DNA of 64,000 nucleotides from Anolis carolinensis (Eukaryota): positions 232,077,747 to 232,141,746 of the forward strand of contig NC_085842.1 of assembly GCF_035594765.1 (NCBI RefSeq), given 5' to 3'. The position numbers and the translations under genes were made by a program. The notes beneath the pieces are model-generated. The model saw nothing but the letters and a program-made list of their open reading frames with translations, did not search any database and was not told the DNA's origin. The stretch's first letter is position 1, and the number at the start of each line of letters is the position of its first letter. Positions 62,796-64,000 of this stretch are shown piece after piece.

Positions 62796-62945
62796 AGAGA
62801 GAGAAACCTGTTCAAACTGGTTCTCCAGCAGCAGGATAGCAACAGTTACAAAACCAATTCCCAGGTCCTTGCAAACTCAGCCAATCGGCTTCATATATTT
62901 AATTTTCCAGTTAACACACATATAGTATCTTTGCATACCGTAACA
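62465..62945. mobile_element. Probable solo LTR downstream of the IFN-5 donor
   Basis: TGTT...AACA termini, imperfect 5-bp target duplication CATGG/CATAG. Confidence 0.55.
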
Positions 62946-63176
62946 CATAGCAACCTCTTATAGAATTTTAAGATTGGCATTTTACAAAGCCAGATTTAGA
63001 GTTCTTTGCCAGAGAAATCCTCATAAATAATAATAACAACAACAACAACAACAACAACAACTTTATTTTTATACCCCGCCACCATCTCCCCAAAGGGACT
63101 CAGGGTGGCTTACAAGCAAGCCCAAGCCCAAAACATACAACAAAATTCACCAACTAAAATGCAGTTAAAAACATAA

Positions 63177-63551
63177 TCTATATATATAAAAGAGTGATGG
63201 AACCAGGGCACCAGACAAAACAACAAAACTACAGGCCCCCCAACCTCGACATTTGACAACACAACCCATCATCCACAGCTCTAGGTTGATACAACAAAAA
63301 GAAAAGAAAAATAAAGTCCTAATTAAAGGGAGAGCAATAATTGTTTTTATCCAATTGCTGCCAGTTAGAGGGCTAAGCTCCGCACATAGACCCCCTCTAT
63401 CGTCACCACCTTCACAGTACACAAACAACCAAATGCATACTAAACATAAAGACAACCATACACCACACATTCAATACCACCACTACCTCAACAATTTCTC
63501 ACCAAACACCACCAGACAATGCCACAGCAACGTGTGGCCAGGCACAGCTAG
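63177..63551 (+). mobile_element. Non-autonomous Helitron
   Basis: 5' TC, 3' hairpin GCCAC..GTGGC then CTAG, inserted between A and T inside an L2 tail. Confidence 0.85.
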
Positions 63552-64000
63552 TAACCTATAACTGCCTAATTAAAACAATTCAAAACAGTAGGGTATAAAA
63601 ACATTGTTAAAAGTATATCAAACCAAACTCAACAACTAGTAACTAGAAATACGGTGGACATAATCATACTAGAGAGGGCTGAGCATGGACTTGTGCAAAG
63701 AGGGGACTGTAGGGCCAGGGCTGGGGGTAAAGTGCTGAGTACAACCTTATTGGTGAATTAGGGCTGGGGGTTCATGAACAGGGACTAACCGTTGTCAAAT
63801 GCACACTGGAACATCCAGGTTTTCAAATCCCTGAGGAATTTGAAACTAATTTTTTTTTAAAAAAATCAGAATTCTACAGGATGCAGCCATAGTAGTGAAA
63901 GTGGGACATGGTGCTATAATGATGGAGTGTGACAGAACTGAGTTGAGAAGCAGACAATTGCATATCAGTGTTTAAAAGAGCTGATGTTTAGATCTCATTC

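Overview
Vertebrate, squamate-type genomic DNA. The Sauria SINEs, Anolis SINE2/L2 tails, BovB, Vingi, Penelope and Helitrons point to an anole lizard (inference). The window is the miR-31 / type I interferon locus. The left half has a CpG-island promoter and first exon (~550-1500, +) that probably drives the miR-31 host transcript, a long repeat-rich intron, and the miR-31 hairpin (22754-22824, +) 72 nt after a strong 3' splice site. The right half has five type I IFN genes: two head-to-head pairs of close paralogues (37.1-37.7 kb -, 42.2-42.8 kb +; 51.4-52.0 kb -, 58.6-59.2 kb +) and one divergent gene (61.5-62.1 kb +). The labels IFN-1 to IFN-5 are positional and mine. Main observations: (1) These apparently intronless IFN ORFs all have a phase-1 splice donor at the very end of the CDS; in four genes a conserved acceptor (CAG|CTTAA) supplies Ala-stop and the AU-rich 3' UTR. 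(2) Each divergent pair surrounds a conserved ~350-bp non-repeat block with kB, IRF, Ets-IRF and E-box motifs, and the block is flipped in one cassette. (3) The four related promoters share a co-varying GGAAA-N13-TTTCC dyad. (4) There is a possible orphan IFN terminal exon at ~12.2-12.8 kb. All alignments were made by eye, repeat family names come from recognition, and repeat boundaries are approximate. Assembly gaps lie at 46360-46495 and 60218-60351.
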